Source of the DNA: Candidatus Bathyarchaeota archaeon
Lineage (GTDB): Archaea > Thermoproteota > Bathyarchaeia > 40CM-2-53-6
Direction: 5' to 3'
Assembly (NCBI GenBank): GCA_963733055.1
Contig: CAVTBR010000001.1
Span: 512,001-576,000, forward strand
DNA: 64,000 nt
The position numbers and the translations under genes are program-made. Below are positions 28,764 to 39,602 of this stretch, piece by piece (the stretch's first letter is position 1; the number at the start of each line of letters is the position of its first letter). The notes under the pieces were generated by a model. The model made no database searches. It had not been told where the DNA came from and was given only the letters and a program-made list of their open reading frames with translations.

Positions 28764-29063
28764 ATGAAGACAACGGTGTTGCTCAGGGAAGACCTCTACG
28801 AGATTTTGAAGAAGAAATATGGACCCAGAGGCATATCCGAGGCTATCAACGCAATTCTTGCCGAAGCGCTTTTGAAGCGAGAGGGAATGTTCGGCACAAT
28901 GAGAAAGACTCCGCTGAAGGATATTCGCGACCACAGGAACCGCCTACCTTCGAGAAAGAGTTCGAGAAGAATCATCAGTCGTCTGAGGGAGCGACAGAAA
29001 TCTCCGATTCGAAGCACAATTCAAGACGATCTGCAGTTGATAAGAGCGGATCGCGACCGTTGA
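28764..29063 (+). CDS. Archaeal antitoxin-like (RHH/VapB-type) protein, possibly read-through or decayed
   Basis: MKTTVLLREDLYEIL.KKYG.RGIS.AIN.IL...MFG pattern in the first ~60 aa. Confidence 0.5.
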   Translation: MKTTVLLREDLYEILKKKYGPRGISEAINAILAEALLKREGMFGTMRKTPLKDIRDHRNRLPSRKSSRRIISRLRERQKSPIRSTIQDDLQLIRADRDR

Positions 29064-29152
29064 AAGTGGCTATCTCACCGAGGGAATTATCAGGGACGCT
29101 ATGCTCGAAAACGAGAGCTTTGTGTCATCGGATCTTGTTTGGTACGATGTTG

Positions 29153-30559
29153 TCATTGGACTAGTTTTGGGACTTCTATGTGGGTTGGTTCGTAGTCTTG
29201 GAGTTTGCCGGCTAGGAATGCGTCGTATGCTTGAAGGTCCAGTAGGCCGTGCCCGCAATTGTTGAACGCTATAACTTTCTTCTCTCCGGACTTCTTGCAG
29301 CGTAGGGCTTCATCGATCACGTATTTCACGATGTGCGCCGTTTCGGGCGCGGTTATCATGCCCTCAGTCCGTGCTAGGGTTTGTGCTGCTTCGAAGACTT
29401 CGGTCTGTGAGTACGCGATGGAAGTCATGTAACCCTTGTTGATCAGGTAACAGAGGGATGGTGCTTTCCCGTGGTAACGTAGTCCGCCCGCGTGGATGGG
29501 AGGCGGTTGATACTTGTGCCCAACAGTGTACATTTTGAGTAATGGCGTCATCTCAGCGGTGTCACCATAATCATACGTGTAGGCCCCACGCGTGGTTGAT
29601 GGGACGGCTTTCGGTTCACAGGCTACATACTCAGTCTCGGACTTTCCCTTCAGCTTGTCCGCCATGAATGGGTAAGCAAAGCCGGCGAAATTCGAGCCCC
29701 CGCCGATGCAACCGCCGATTATATCGGGCGTAACATCGATCATTTCGAACTGCTTCTTCGCCTCCTGTCCAATAATCGTCTGATGAAGTAGAACGTGGTT
29801 GAGGACTGAGCCAAGGCAATATTTGGTATCCTCATGACTGACGCAGTCTTCGATGGCTTCGCTAATGGCTATGCCCAACGATCCCGTGTTGTTCGGATCA
29901 GTTTCGAGGAGGGTTTCCCCATATTTTGTGTTCTTGCTAGGCGATGCAACCACATCAGCGCCGAAGGTTTCCATAATCGTCCTCCTGCCCGGTTTCTGGT
30001 CGTAGCTAGCGCGAACCATGTAGACGCTACATTTCAATCCGAAAATCGCCGAAGCCATGGCTAAGGCGGAACCCCACTGTCCCGCGCCCGTTTCCGTTAC
30101 GAGCCGTTTCGCGCCCTCGACCATGTTGTAGTATGCTTGGGCTATCGCGGTGTTGGGCTTATGGCTACCAGTAGGGTTGACGTACTCACATTTGTAGTAA
30201 ATTTGGGCCGGTGTGTTGAGAAACCTCTCAAGCCTCCTCGCTCGAAGCAACGGCGTGGGACGAGGGAGACGAAGGTACGCATCGTAGACTTCGTCGGGAA
30301 TCTTGATGAAACGCTCTGAAGACACTTCCTGCATTACGACCTCTTTCGCGAAAAGTCGCAGCAACGGCTCGGGCGACATGGGCTTGAGGGTTCGCGGGTC
30401 AAGAGGTGGCGGGAGTTGCTCGGGAAGATCGGCGAGAATGTTGTACCAGTGCGTCGGCATTTCGTCTTGGGGGAGGTAGACTGCGTGTTCCTTATCGATC
30501 GGACCTGGCTTGCTCATGGGTGCACTATCCTGTTGGGTAGTGTCCATTTGAAGCTCCAT
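29153..30559 (-). CDS. trpB2: Tryptophan synthase beta chain, TrpB2 type
   Basis: RPTPL, GSHKPN, TETGAGQWG, GGGSN and HAGGLRYHG motifs. Confidence 0.95.
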   Translation of the reverse strand: MELQMDTTQQDSAPMSKPGPIDKEHAVYLPQDEMPTHWYNILADLPEQLPPPLDPRTLKPMSPEPLLRLFAKEVVMQEVSSERFIKIPDEVYDAYLRLPRPTPLLRARRLERFLNTPAQIYYKCEYVNPTGSHKPNTAIAQAYYNMVEGAKRLVTETGAGQWGSALAMASAIFGLKCSVYMVRASYDQKPGRRTIMETFGADVVASPSKNTKYGETLLETDPNNTGSLGIAISEAIEDCVSHEDTKYCLGSVLNHVLLHQTIIGQEAKKQFEMIDVTPDIIGGCIGGGSNFAGFAYPFMADKLKGKSETEYVACEPKAVPSTTRGAYTYDYGDTAEMTPLLKMYTVGHKYQPPPIHAGGLRYHGKAPSLCYLINKGYMTSIAYSQTEVFEAAQTLARTEGMITAPETAHIVKYVIDEALRCKKSGEKKVIAFNNCGHGLLDLQAYDAFLAGKLQDYEPTHIEVPKLVQ

Positions 30560-30652
30560 AGCTACAGTTAAGACTTTGTTGCACAGATATGTACGTCAGA
30601 AGACTGTAGCACAGTTCTTTGCATGAATGCGTACTCGTAGGTCAGGCTACAA

Positions 30653-31157
30653 ATGTGGAGGCATATCTCAGACCGGCTCAAAGAATATCCCGGGCGGCAG
30701 AAGGTCGCACGAGTACTCGTGGAGTCCGGGTTAGCCATCAGGGAAGGCAACAAAATATACTGTGGAGGCATCGAACTCTCGGACGTCAAGATTGCTCGAT
30801 ACCTAGACGTAGATCGAAGAACCGTAAGGGACACAGCACAACTCATTACCTCAGACCCGGAACTCAAATCTGTTTTTGAAAGGCTCAAACCGGCCGGTCC
30901 GTTCCTAGCCGACATCGCGAAGTTCCTCGGCTACAGTGTGATCGAAATTTACCGCGGATCCTCACACAGTCGGCATCGTGGCGCAGGCCGCGGCTTTAGT
31001 TGCCCAAGAGAACATCGCCATAAGACAAGCAGTCGCCGACGACCCCGACCTCACGCCTGAACCCAAGCTTACACTAGTCGTTGAGAAACAGCCCAGTGGG
31101 ACAACGTTACAGAAACTGCTGAAGATTCCTGGCGTGATCAAGATTTCAACGTACTAG
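30653..31157 (+). CDS. ACT-domain regulator of amino-acid metabolism (frameshift near 30952)
   Basis: N-terminal HTH (IARYLDVDRRTV); shifted frame continues ADPHTVGIVA...NIAIRQAVADDPDL to TAG 31157. Confidence 0.8.
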
Positions 31158-31656
31158 ACGGCTTTCCGAACCTCTCGTAATGAACTATTTCGTTCAAAGG
31201 TTTACGAGTCTTCTTACGCTTCGTGTTTGCTTCGACGGGGTAGCCAAACGGCATAACGGTAACCAGCTTCATCATCTGAGGAGCACTGAGTAGGTCTTTC
31301 ACGCCGTCCTCATAGAAGTTCGTGACCCAACATGAACCGATTCCCATATCCCACGCCGCGAGCACCATATTCTGAACGGCACGCGCTCCATCAATCTCAG
31401 GAAGTTTTGCAGCATCCATCAGGATAGCGATTGCAAGCGGTGCCCTAGCGATGTGTGCTCCGGTAGGTGTCAGTTCAGAGATTTTCTTGAGCGTCGTTTG
31501 GTCCCTGATTACTATGAAGTGCCACGGTTGAGAGTTCTTCGAACTCGGCGCCAGTCGACCAGCTTCTAGAATCTGCTGGAGGCTTTCGTCGGGGATTGGT
31601 TCGTCGAGGTAGTCTCGGATTTCGCGACGGGTCCTGATGCAGGTGAAAGTGTCCAT
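31138..31656 (-). CDS. Nitroreductase family protein
   Basis: RREIRDY, APSSKNSQPWHF, GIGSCW and FGYP motifs; start ATG 31656. Confidence 0.92.
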   Translation of the reverse strand: MDTFTCIRTRREIRDYLDEPIPDESLQQILEAGRLAPSSKNSQPWHFIVIRDQTTLKKISELTPTGAHIARAPLAIAILMDAAKLPEIDGARAVQNMVLAAWDMGIGSCWVTNFYEDGVKDLLSAPQMMKLVTVMPFGYPVEANTKRKKTRKPLNEIVHYERFGKPSSTLKS

Positions 31657-31673
31657 TGGGATCCTGCGATGGG

Positions 31674-32126
31674 TTAGGTTGCCTTCTGTGAATTCTTTTC
31701 GATGATTTGCCACAGTTCCTCTTCGATCGTACCGGCGTGCTGTGGTCTTTCGACGAACCGGCCAATTTCTCGCCATGCCCGGTCATGAACTATCACAGTA
31801 GGGATTCGTAGAACTCTCATTTCATCCGCAATATCCCGGTTCTCATCAAAATCTATCACTTTAATGTTCAATGCGGCGTTGTTCGCCGCCATGAAGACTT
31901 TAGCCAAATCGGGTAGTTGTGCTCTACATTCGACGTTCCATTCTGTGGCGAAAACAACAAAGAAGAATCGATCTGTTAGGCTTGAGAACTTCCCAATTAC
32001 CGCGGGGTTGGGTCGGTATTCTTGTATACGGTTCTTGACAGTTCCTTTCACTGTTTGGTTCTTGATGTTATTGATGTAATCCCGTAAGTTAGGGTAGGGG
32101 CCGATAACGTTTCGGAGAAGCGACAA
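31674..32126 (-). CDS. Thioredoxin-fold protein (WNVEC in place of WCxxC)
   Basis: ATEWNVEC, RIPT cis-Pro and EIGRFVERP. Confidence 0.75.
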   Translation of the reverse strand: MSLLRNVIGPYPNLRDYINNIKNQTVKGTVKNRIQEYRPNPAVIGKFSSLTDRFFFVVFATEWNVECRAQLPDLAKVFMAANNAALNIKVIDFDENRDIADEMRVLRIPTVIVHDRAWREIGRFVERPQHAGTIEEELWQIIEKNSQKAT

Positions 32127-32310
32127 GTGGTCTAACCTGATCGGAGTCTTTGGCTTAGTCTATCTGGAAGAAAAGCGGCAGCGACATACAGGCTGCATGG
32201 TCTCCATTTTGGTTGTCCGGTTTCCAAGCGTTATGGGCTAGTGCTTGGCGTTATTAGATTTTCGGCGAGGGCTGACCTTAACCTTTCATTCAACATAAAC
32301 TTCCGCCGCC

Positions 32311-34290
32311 CTATAACGCACTCGCCATCAAAGCTTTCTTGGCGGTTAGCTCAAATCTGCCATTCTCGGCGGATTTGCTCGCGGTTCCGTAGACTTCGAT
32401 CTCTCTTCCGACAACCTTCGAGAATTGTTCTTTACTCAGCGGCAACTCGCACTCGTGATTCTTGACCATTTGATACTTGAATTCGGCGAGGTTCAAGATC
32501 GGCAGGGCCTGCTCATCAAGATCAGAGAAGATCAGGTCCGCTACGCCTGTTCCGTCGTCTATTCGCACTCGCCCCGTTAGCACAAACTTGCCAGAACGCG
32601 GTTGTTTGCAATTTCCGCACGTATACGCATTTTCAGAACCCGTCAACGGTGACCCGCACGTTTCGCATAACGCAACTAACTTAAGCGCCTGAACTACCTC
32701 AAGCACCATACCCTTTACCCAAGTGCTCAACCCGGGCTCAAGTGCAATGACGTGTCGTATGTCCTCCCAGGCAGGTCTTTCCTTCACAACCTCAGGAAGG
32801 ATTTCGATGCGGGAGAGGGGGATTGAACTCAACTCAAATTGTCCCGTCAATCCTGTACGAACTTTGAGGCCCTGAATTCTCACACGCAGACCAGGACGAA
32901 GCTTCATCACATCTGCCGCTTGGTCTCGCCAGAAGGTAACTCTGGAGGAGCTTGTGCCGTCTCGGAGGGTGAATGAGGAAAGGTTTATCGTCTCACCCTT
33001 CTCGGTGACCACCTGTCGAGCTAATGGCTCGTCATTAACTGATCCTTCTACGATAACAAGTCCTTTCGATTGTTGAAGCGTGCTTAAACTGGTGGCAGGC
33101 CTGACTCCTACCGGTTTCTCGGATGTCTTCTGCAGTTCTCCTGACCTGCCTAGGCTTAACATAATTTCCCCCATCCTTTCGCAGACCGCGACTCCCTTAA
33201 GTTCAAGGACGTCTCCCTCCGCGAGATCGTTTACGAGCTGTGCCTTGTCGTCCCATAGGGAGAGCGAAACGATCCCGGACTCGTCCGCGACCATCAGCCT
33301 CGCCATCTTAACGCTTTCTCCGGTTTGTCTCTTAATTTCCTGAGGCACTCCCTTGGCGAGGACACGGACGTACAAGTCGGCGGATCCTGTTTGATCATTC
33401 AGGTCCGCTACTTTGAATGACTTGGCGCCGGGCATTTTGAGGTAGGCGGGCGGACTCTCGAGTAATTCAATTTGGCTTCTACTCTCAACATGCAACTCGA
33501 GCCTGGCGTTTTTGTCGAGGCGTACTCTGCCATTAAGCATCTGGACGATGTTCCCAATCTTCAGGTCTTTCAATTCCTCAGCTCTCTCATTCCACGCAAC
33601 CAGTGGGATGCTTCCAGACTCATCAGCAACTATTGTTCGAAGCACGCTTCCCGCTCTTTCTTCCTTCGCGAAAGTGTAGTACCTGGTGTCAGACTGGACG
33701 ATGCCTATTGCGTTCACCTGACTCGCCCCCGCGGTCAGCTTGCCGAGTGGGGTGAATAGGTCGCCGAATTCTGGTAAGTCGGCTTTGGGCATGTCCTCGG
33801 GGTCGATCTGTATGCTGCTTCGCTCACCAGCATGAACCTCCGTGTCCCCAGACAGCCCCTGTCGCGTGTAAGCGTGGCCAATTCTCAAAACCCTACCCTG
33901 CAGATTACCCGCCCGAGAGAGCACGTCCACGTGCCTGTCCCATATCGCGCAGCGAACCCGATCCGACTTATCTGCAATTAGAATCCGCATGACGCGACCC
34001 GGTGTCCCATCCCGTCTCTGGAATTGTTGCGGTGGCCACGTCATGAGAACACGGCCAGAGATGGTTATATCGTTCAATCCGGAGACGAGGTCTTTCACTT
34101 GCATGCGTCCGAGATCCGTCCCGCGGGTCTGTATGAGCAGCTCTTCCGCAACTAGCCTCGCAGCGCCTTCGTCTGAAAGCAGCCCTCGTCCCTCCTTCTT
34201 CTTCTCGTCGATTAAGGCGAGAATCTGTTCTTGCGAAAGCTCGTGTCGCTTGGAGAGAATGTCTCCCACTATGGTTTGCACAATGGACAA
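32311..34290 (-). CDS. rpa: Replication protein A (multi-OB-fold ssDNA-binding protein with Zn finger)
   Basis: Repeated D-x-S/T-G...W OB motifs; CETC...CGNC; DDGTG. Confidence 0.9.
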   Translation of the reverse strand: MSIVQTIVGDILSKRHELSQEQILALIDEKKKEGRGLLSDEGAARLVAEELLIQTRGTDLGRMQVKDLVSGLNDITISGRVLMTWPPQQFQRRDGTPGRVMRILIADKSDRVRCAIWDRHVDVLSRAGNLQGRVLRIGHAYTRQGLSGDTEVHAGERSSIQIDPEDMPKADLPEFGDLFTPLGKLTAGASQVNAIGIVQSDTRYYTFAKEERAGSVLRTIVADESGSIPLVAWNERAEELKDLKIGNIVQMLNGRVRLDKNARLELHVESRSQIELLESPPAYLKMPGAKSFKVADLNDQTGSADLYVRVLAKGVPQEIKRQTGESVKMARLMVADESGIVSLSLWDDKAQLVNDLAEGDVLELKGVAVCERMGEIMLSLGRSGELQKTSEKPVGVRPATSLSTLQQSKGLVIVEGSVNDEPLARQVVTEKGETINLSSFTLRDGTSSSRVTFWRDQAADVMKLRPGLRVRIQGLKVRTGLTGQFELSSIPLSRIEILPEVVKERPAWEDIRHVIALEPGLSTWVKGMVLEVVQALKLVALCETCGSPLTGSENAYTCGNCKQPRSGKFVLTGRVRIDDGTGVADLIFSDLDEQALPILNLAEFKYQMVKNHECELPLSKEQFSKVVGREIEVYGTASKSAENGRFELTAKKALMASAL

Positions 34291-34521
34291 TCGTTCGCTC
34301 GCCTTACTGCAATTTCGCTCCAGAAATTTGACCCGAGACTAAACCCTCTCGTCTCCCCGATCAGTGGGCATAACAATCAATGACTCACTTTTGCAATGAA
34401 CCACATTAATATCTTCACCTTCGACACTCGCAAAACAGGAAATATCCCTCGTTCTGCTTGGGCTGACTAGAGGGACCGTAACGGATTCAAGGTTCGACAG
34501 CGTAATCTTCAATGATCCATA

Positions 34522-34785
34522 ATGGAACCGTCGTACACTAAAGTGGGTCGAATCGAACACTACTATTCGAAGGCAAGCGTAGCCATCGTGGAAATCTCAT
34601 CACCGCTTAAGCAGGGAGACAAGATAGTGATTCGGGGTAGTACGACTAAGATTGAGCAAACAGTTGACTCGATGGAAGTAGAACACAAGCAGGTTCCCCT
34701 CGCTCAAGCTGGGCAGAGGGTCGGTCTCAAGGTTGCCGGGCGGGTCCGAGAGAACGACGTCGTATACAAAGTGGAGCAAGGTTAG
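34522..34785 (+). CDS. EF-Tu domain-2-like beta-barrel protein
   Basis: VGRIEHYYSKASVA, GD.I.I.G.TT, Q.V.SM and VRE.D.VY motifs. Confidence 0.8.
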   Translation: MEPSYTKVGRIEHYYSKASVAIVEISSPLKQGDKIVIRGSTTKIEQTVDSMEVEHKQVPLAQAGQRVGLKVAGRVRENDVVYKVEQG

Positions 34786-34828
34786 AATAGCTCGTTATTG
34801 AGTACGCCGGGACTAAGGTGCAAGAATC

Positions 34829-35137
34829 TTGCCGGACGTTACAATCGAAGGAACCGTACTAGTAGTTACACCCATCCAATCTTCACAGGGCAGGCCTATG
34901 GTGCAGATGCAATTGGGCGACACGATCAAGGGACCGGTAACGATGCCACTGGATATGGACCGGGAAATGGCTGGAGTTACGATTGCCGTCCAGAGAGTGC
35001 TTACTCAACTGCCTGGCGTCGGCCAGCAGCTTGGGACTCCGCGCCTAATCGTTACGTTAACCGAGGAGGAATACCAAGAATTAGGCCGTCCGCGGTATCC
35101 TGATCACCTGTCGATAACGTTGAAAGTGACATCCTAA
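34829..35137 (+). CDS. Arcadin-1-like protein
   Basis: QLPG....PRLIVTLTEEEY..LG pattern and ~100-aa size resemble crenarchaeal arcadin-1 as I recall it. Confidence 0.6.
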   Translation: MPDVTIEGTVLVVTPIQSSQGRPMVQMQLGDTIKGPVTMPLDMDREMAGVTIAVQRVLTQLPGVGQQLGTPRLIVTLTEEEYQELGRPRYPDHLSITLKVTS

Positions 35138-35158
35138 CCCAACGGTCTTGGATTGATT

Positions 35159-38012
35159 TTAGTCCCAGAACAATCTAGTTCTCGCGTACTCCCGTTCCGC
35201 TTTTAGTACGTCCAAGTACAGGTCGTCCTCTGTTCGGTGAACCTTTCTCAGAATTCGGGTCGCGGTTGCCGGCCCCACGCCGCGTCCGCTCAGAACTACA
35301 ATTGCCTCTCTGCCTTTTGTTTGGACTAAGCTTGCGCTGAAGCAGGCTTGTTTCCAGACATGTTCCTCCTCCGGCGTCAGCCTAGAGCTCTTTTTCTTCT
35401 TCTTAACAACCTTCAGGAGTTGATCATTCCGTTCGTAAGTGGCGGCGATGAGGGTTGATCCACACTTCGGACAACGAACCTTCTCGCCTAATTGATCGAC
35501 CACCCTTATCGCGTCCCAATCGCCATTGAATATGCAAACCAACCGAACCGTTTCCGCCAGCAGACGCTCACGAACAATCTCAGTCAACGACTTCGAAGGA
35601 ACCGCAGGCCTGAGTAAGTCATGCGGAATTATCTTGTCGACAATCGGTGTAGCGTAGGGTGAGCACGTTTCGGCTATTCCTGTAACTATGTCGATTGCAA
35701 TTTCCCGGTCAAGGATCTTCGTAACCGTCTCCTGCGTAGTTAGTAGATCGAATTTTTCGAGAAGCACCTCTCTTTGCGTTTCAGTGTTGACGGGGGAATG
35801 TTTCATCGCACGGACAAGCATCCGCGCACGGTTAGATCGGTAATCTGCCCTCCTTTCTATAACCCCAAAGCGTCTGGCCACGTGCCAGTGTCGCCACGCG
35901 AAGAGGTCTGAATTCTGGAGGGCTTCAATCAGAACTTTCTCAACATCTTCCGGGGTAAATTTCTGAAGTTCATTGGCTACGGTTTCAGGTTCAACTTTGA
36001 ATGGGCAAATGAGAGCTATGCGGTAAGGGTCGGTCTGGGTTGCAACGTTCACTCCATACTTCGCACTAAGAAGCGAGGCGAGTATCATCGCGAGAGTGTC
36101 ATTGACCATGCTGCCGAAACAGGCGTGGATGATAATGCAGTTCTCGAACTTCTCGATAATGATATGTCGATCTGACGGTAGCTGCGAATGTTTCAGTTGA
36201 GCAGTTATGGTATCCGTGATCTTGGCTAGAGCTTCTTCGCTGAGTTGGAGTTGTTGTTGGATTTTTCGTAGTTCTTCCGGTTGATCGATACTCGAAGCTA
36301 TTTGGGCTCTCAACCTGCCGACTTCTTGGGCGGTCTCGTAGCTGACGGGAATGATTTCTCCTTCCCAGCTCGGGATCAGCGTCAAGTGTGGGGGCGGTGG
36401 GTTCTACTTCGACGGAGAGTTTCTCTTCGTTTACGTTGATGATCTTCCAGGTTTGTCCGTGGATGATGAAGATCGTGCCGCCTTTACATTTCCTGGACAC
36501 GAACCCTTGGTCTAATGTGCCGATTCTTCGTTTCCTGAAGAAGTCGAATACGTCAAATCTCTTGACGTCTGGGATGACGGAGAGGTTTTCGTAGTAATAG
36601 TGGAAGGTTCTCGGGAAACGGGCTGAAACCACATCGTCGAAAAGTCTGATTATCCTGATTGAGTCGAGAAACTTCACGAAATCATGCAACTCTACCCCTG
36701 AGAAGTTTCGGTAGGGGTAAGATTTTCGAATTATCTCATAGATGTCCGCGAGTTTCGCTCGCTTCAGGTCGAGTGCGATGCCGGCTATTTGATGCGCTAA
36801 CACGTCTAAGGCGGTGTCGTGTATGGTTGTTTTCTCAATTCTCGAAGCTTTCGCGTTAGCCGCCAGCACGGCGGCTTCCAATAGGTCGTCTGCCCACGCC
36901 CCAATGATCGTTCCCTGGGCCGTGCCCCGTAAAGTATGGCCGCTCCTACCGATTCTCTGTATTAACCGCGTAGACATTCTAGGGGACATGTACTGAACGA
37001 TGTAGTCCACCCGTCCAATATCCATGCCCAGCTCCAATGACGAGGTGCATATCACGCCCTTCAGTGACCCATCGTGAAAGGCGTTCTCGACCTCTTCGCG
37101 GATTTCGCGTGAAAGCGACCCATGGTGGACGCGTACGGGTAGATCGGGTTTCAGGGCGTGCAGTTGCGACCCTACCGCCTCTGCCTGTTCGCGAGTATTC
37201 GTGAAAACTAGTGTCGAACGATTCTCTGCAATCAATTCCGCGATTCTCTTGGACCTCGCGATAGTTGTTGGTGGTAATCCGAATCGTTCGGCGTCTGTTG
37301 TGTCTGAGTGGTTGGGTGTGACGTATTGGATCCCAATCTGGACTTGGCGTAGTTCGCGTGATTTGGCGACCGTCACGGTTCGGTCTGCCCCTACGAGAAA
37401 TTGGCCGACCTTTTCCTCCTCACCCACCGTTGCGGAGAGGCCTATTCTCTGAAAACTATGGCCAGCTAAGTGTTGCAATCGTTCCAATGCTATGGCTAGT
37501 TGGATGCCTCGTTTGTCGGTGGCGAGTTCATGGATCTCGTCAACCACAACCCACATCACACCCTTGAGATGCTCGCGCATCCTCTTGCCAGGGAGGATGG
37601 CTTGCAAGGTCTCTGGGGTTGTGACTAACATCTCGGGTGGTGCTCGTGCTTGCGCGGTGCGAGCACTTTGGGTGGTATCTCCATGCCTAACCTGCACCTT
37701 GATGTCCAACTCTCGCCCAATATCCGTAAGCCTACGGACAATGTCCCGGTTTAATGCTCTCAACGGGGTGACGTAGAGGATCGAGATACCTTTCGTCTCC
37801 CCCGCGGATCGGCGTTCAATGAACATGTTGAAGATCGGGAGGACGGAGGCGAGAGTTTTCCCGGTGCCCGTGGGTGCGATGACGAGAACGTTTCGCCCCT
37901 CAAGTATAGGTGGAATGGCGATTTGTTGTATGTCGCTCGGCTCTTCTAACCCAACACTCTCTAGATGAACACGGATGGGCCTATGCAATTGCGCGAATGC
38001 GTTCTCCATCAA
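35159..38012 (-). CDS. lhr: Lhr-like DEAD/H helicase (frameshift near 36378)
   Basis: APTGTGKT, DEIHE, SAT, HHGSL and QRIGRSGH; IPSWEGE junction; C-terminal CPKC. Confidence 0.9.
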
Positions 38013-38091
38013 CTAAATCCACCCCTACACCATGCAGGCTCCAAGCCTGCCACGCTTATCGTCCGTCGAAAAAATGTCTATCCTCAATCGC

Positions 38092-38202
38092 TTATGCGGA
38101 AGGCTTCTCGTAGGCTAGATAGACGAAGATTACAATTACGGCTACGAATGCTAGGAAGGTTATGCCGATCTGGAGAAGTCCCCAGAACTCATCAGTTGTC
38201 AA
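38092..38202 (-). CDS. Putative 36-aa single-pass membrane microprotein
   Basis: TTG start; MTTDEFWGLLQIGITFLAFVAVIVIFVYLAYEKPSA*; fills the gap between co-oriented genes. Confidence 0.5.
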   Translation of the reverse strand: MTTDEFWGLLQIGITFLAFVAVIVIFVYLAYEKPSA

Positions 38203-38253
38203 GATTCCGACGCACGCCTGTGGCTACACAGCGAATTCCCATTTAAAAACACG

Positions 38254-38685
38254 TCAGTCGGATTTGCGGTCTGCATCCTTCGCGCGCCATCGAGCTGTGA
38301 CGCTTGAATATTGTGAATCGTTCTTTTGGATCTTCTCGAACTTACCTAGGGCCTCTGCGATGTGCTGTGCGATTATATGATAGCATAAACCGCGTTTCCT
38401 ATCCATGACTCGGAAGTAATAGTCGTCACAGTAGCAGAAGGGTATGTCGGGCATGACCTGATACTCGCTCTTCCTCCCCTGAACAACCCACACCGTCCTT
38501 CCGCTTGGAGTAAACTCGTATCGTCCCACTTTCTTCGAATTCGCCAGTTCCCAACCGTTCGTGAACCGCTCTCCAAAGAGTTTCTTCAGAGCCTCATTCA
38601 GCTGGGGTGAAAGTTCCTTGCGCGACTCAAGTTCCTTGTAAGCCTCCTCCATCAGGTCCTTCTCTTGCTGGAAAGCGGTTGGCAT
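38254..38685 (-). CDS. SWIM zinc-finger protein
   Basis: CYCDDY...CYHIIA (CxC-xn-CxH). Confidence 0.8.
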   Translation of the reverse strand: MPTAFQQEKDLMEEAYKELESRKELSPQLNEALKKLFGERFTNGWELANSKKVGRYEFTPSGRTVWVVQGRKSEYQVMPDIPFCYCDDYYFRVMDRKRGLCYHIIAQHIAEALGKFEKIQKNDSQYSSVTARWRAKDADRKSD

Positions 38686-38905
38686 TGCTATTCTAACAGG
38701 AATGAGACTCAGTCGGCTGCATTTTAGCGTCATGCTGCCTCGGGTTGGGTCTATTTATTGACGGAGTATCAGTAGACCGTTTACGTGGCCTCGGGTTGTC
38801 GGGAAACGTTTTTAAGTTGTCACGCGTCGGTCTACGCACTCGCGCTAGAAACTTCTCCTGCGCGTCGCCGTGCGCTCCGGAATTCTTTCGGAGGAAAGTA
38901 AACCC

Positions 38906-39553
38906 ATGTACCAAGAACAGAAGAGCAATATGCCGAAATACGTACTGACAGGAACCACCACGATGGGCCTCGTCTGTCGTGATGGAATAGTTTTAGGAAC
39001 TGACACTCGCGCCACGCTCGGAACCTTCGTAGCCCACAAGAGAGCCAAGAAGGTCTACCAACTCGACGACCACGTAGCCATGACGATAGCCGGCGGCGTT
39101 GCGGACGCTCAAAGCGTCGTCGAGACACTACGCGCAAACGCGAAACTCTACAAGTACGAAAAAGGGTTACCGATGCCCATCAGCGCCATCGCCCGACTGG
39201 CAGCCAACCTACTCTTCTCCGCCCGGTACTATCCGTTCATTCTTCAATCAATTATTGGCGGAATGGACGACACAGGGCCGCGCATCTTCACCCTTGACCC
39301 CCTCGGAAGCGTTACCGAAGAAAAATACGTGTCAACGGGCTCAGGATCACCCATCGTTTACGGTGTACTTGAACCCGGTTACAAGGAAGGCATGTCCATC
39401 AACGAGGCCATACCCCTCGTAGTTACCGCAGTAAACTCCGCAATGAAACGTGACTCTGCGAGCGGCGACAGCTTTGACGTTGCAGTCATAACGAAAGAAG
39501 GTTACAGAGAACTAAGCGAGGACGAGAAGAAAGTGCTCGCTAAACCGAACTGA
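38906..39553 (+). CDS. psmB: Proteasome beta subunit, catalytic type
   Basis: Propeptide-G|TTT, DTRAT, KKV, GGVAD, GSGS and RD..SG motifs. Confidence 0.95.
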   Translation: MYQEQKSNMPKYVLTGTTTMGLVCRDGIVLGTDTRATLGTFVAHKRAKKVYQLDDHVAMTIAGGVADAQSVVETLRANAKLYKYEKGLPMPISAIARLAANLLFSARYYPFILQSIIGGMDDTGPRIFTLDPLGSVTEEKYVSTGSGSPIVYGVLEPGYKEGMSINEAIPLVVTAVNSAMKRDSASGDSFDVAVITKEGYRELSEDEKKVLAKPN

Positions 39554-39602
39554 ATCCAGCTAATCAGAATTCTAACTAACTAATCTTCAAGGTGCTTCGG
39601 CA

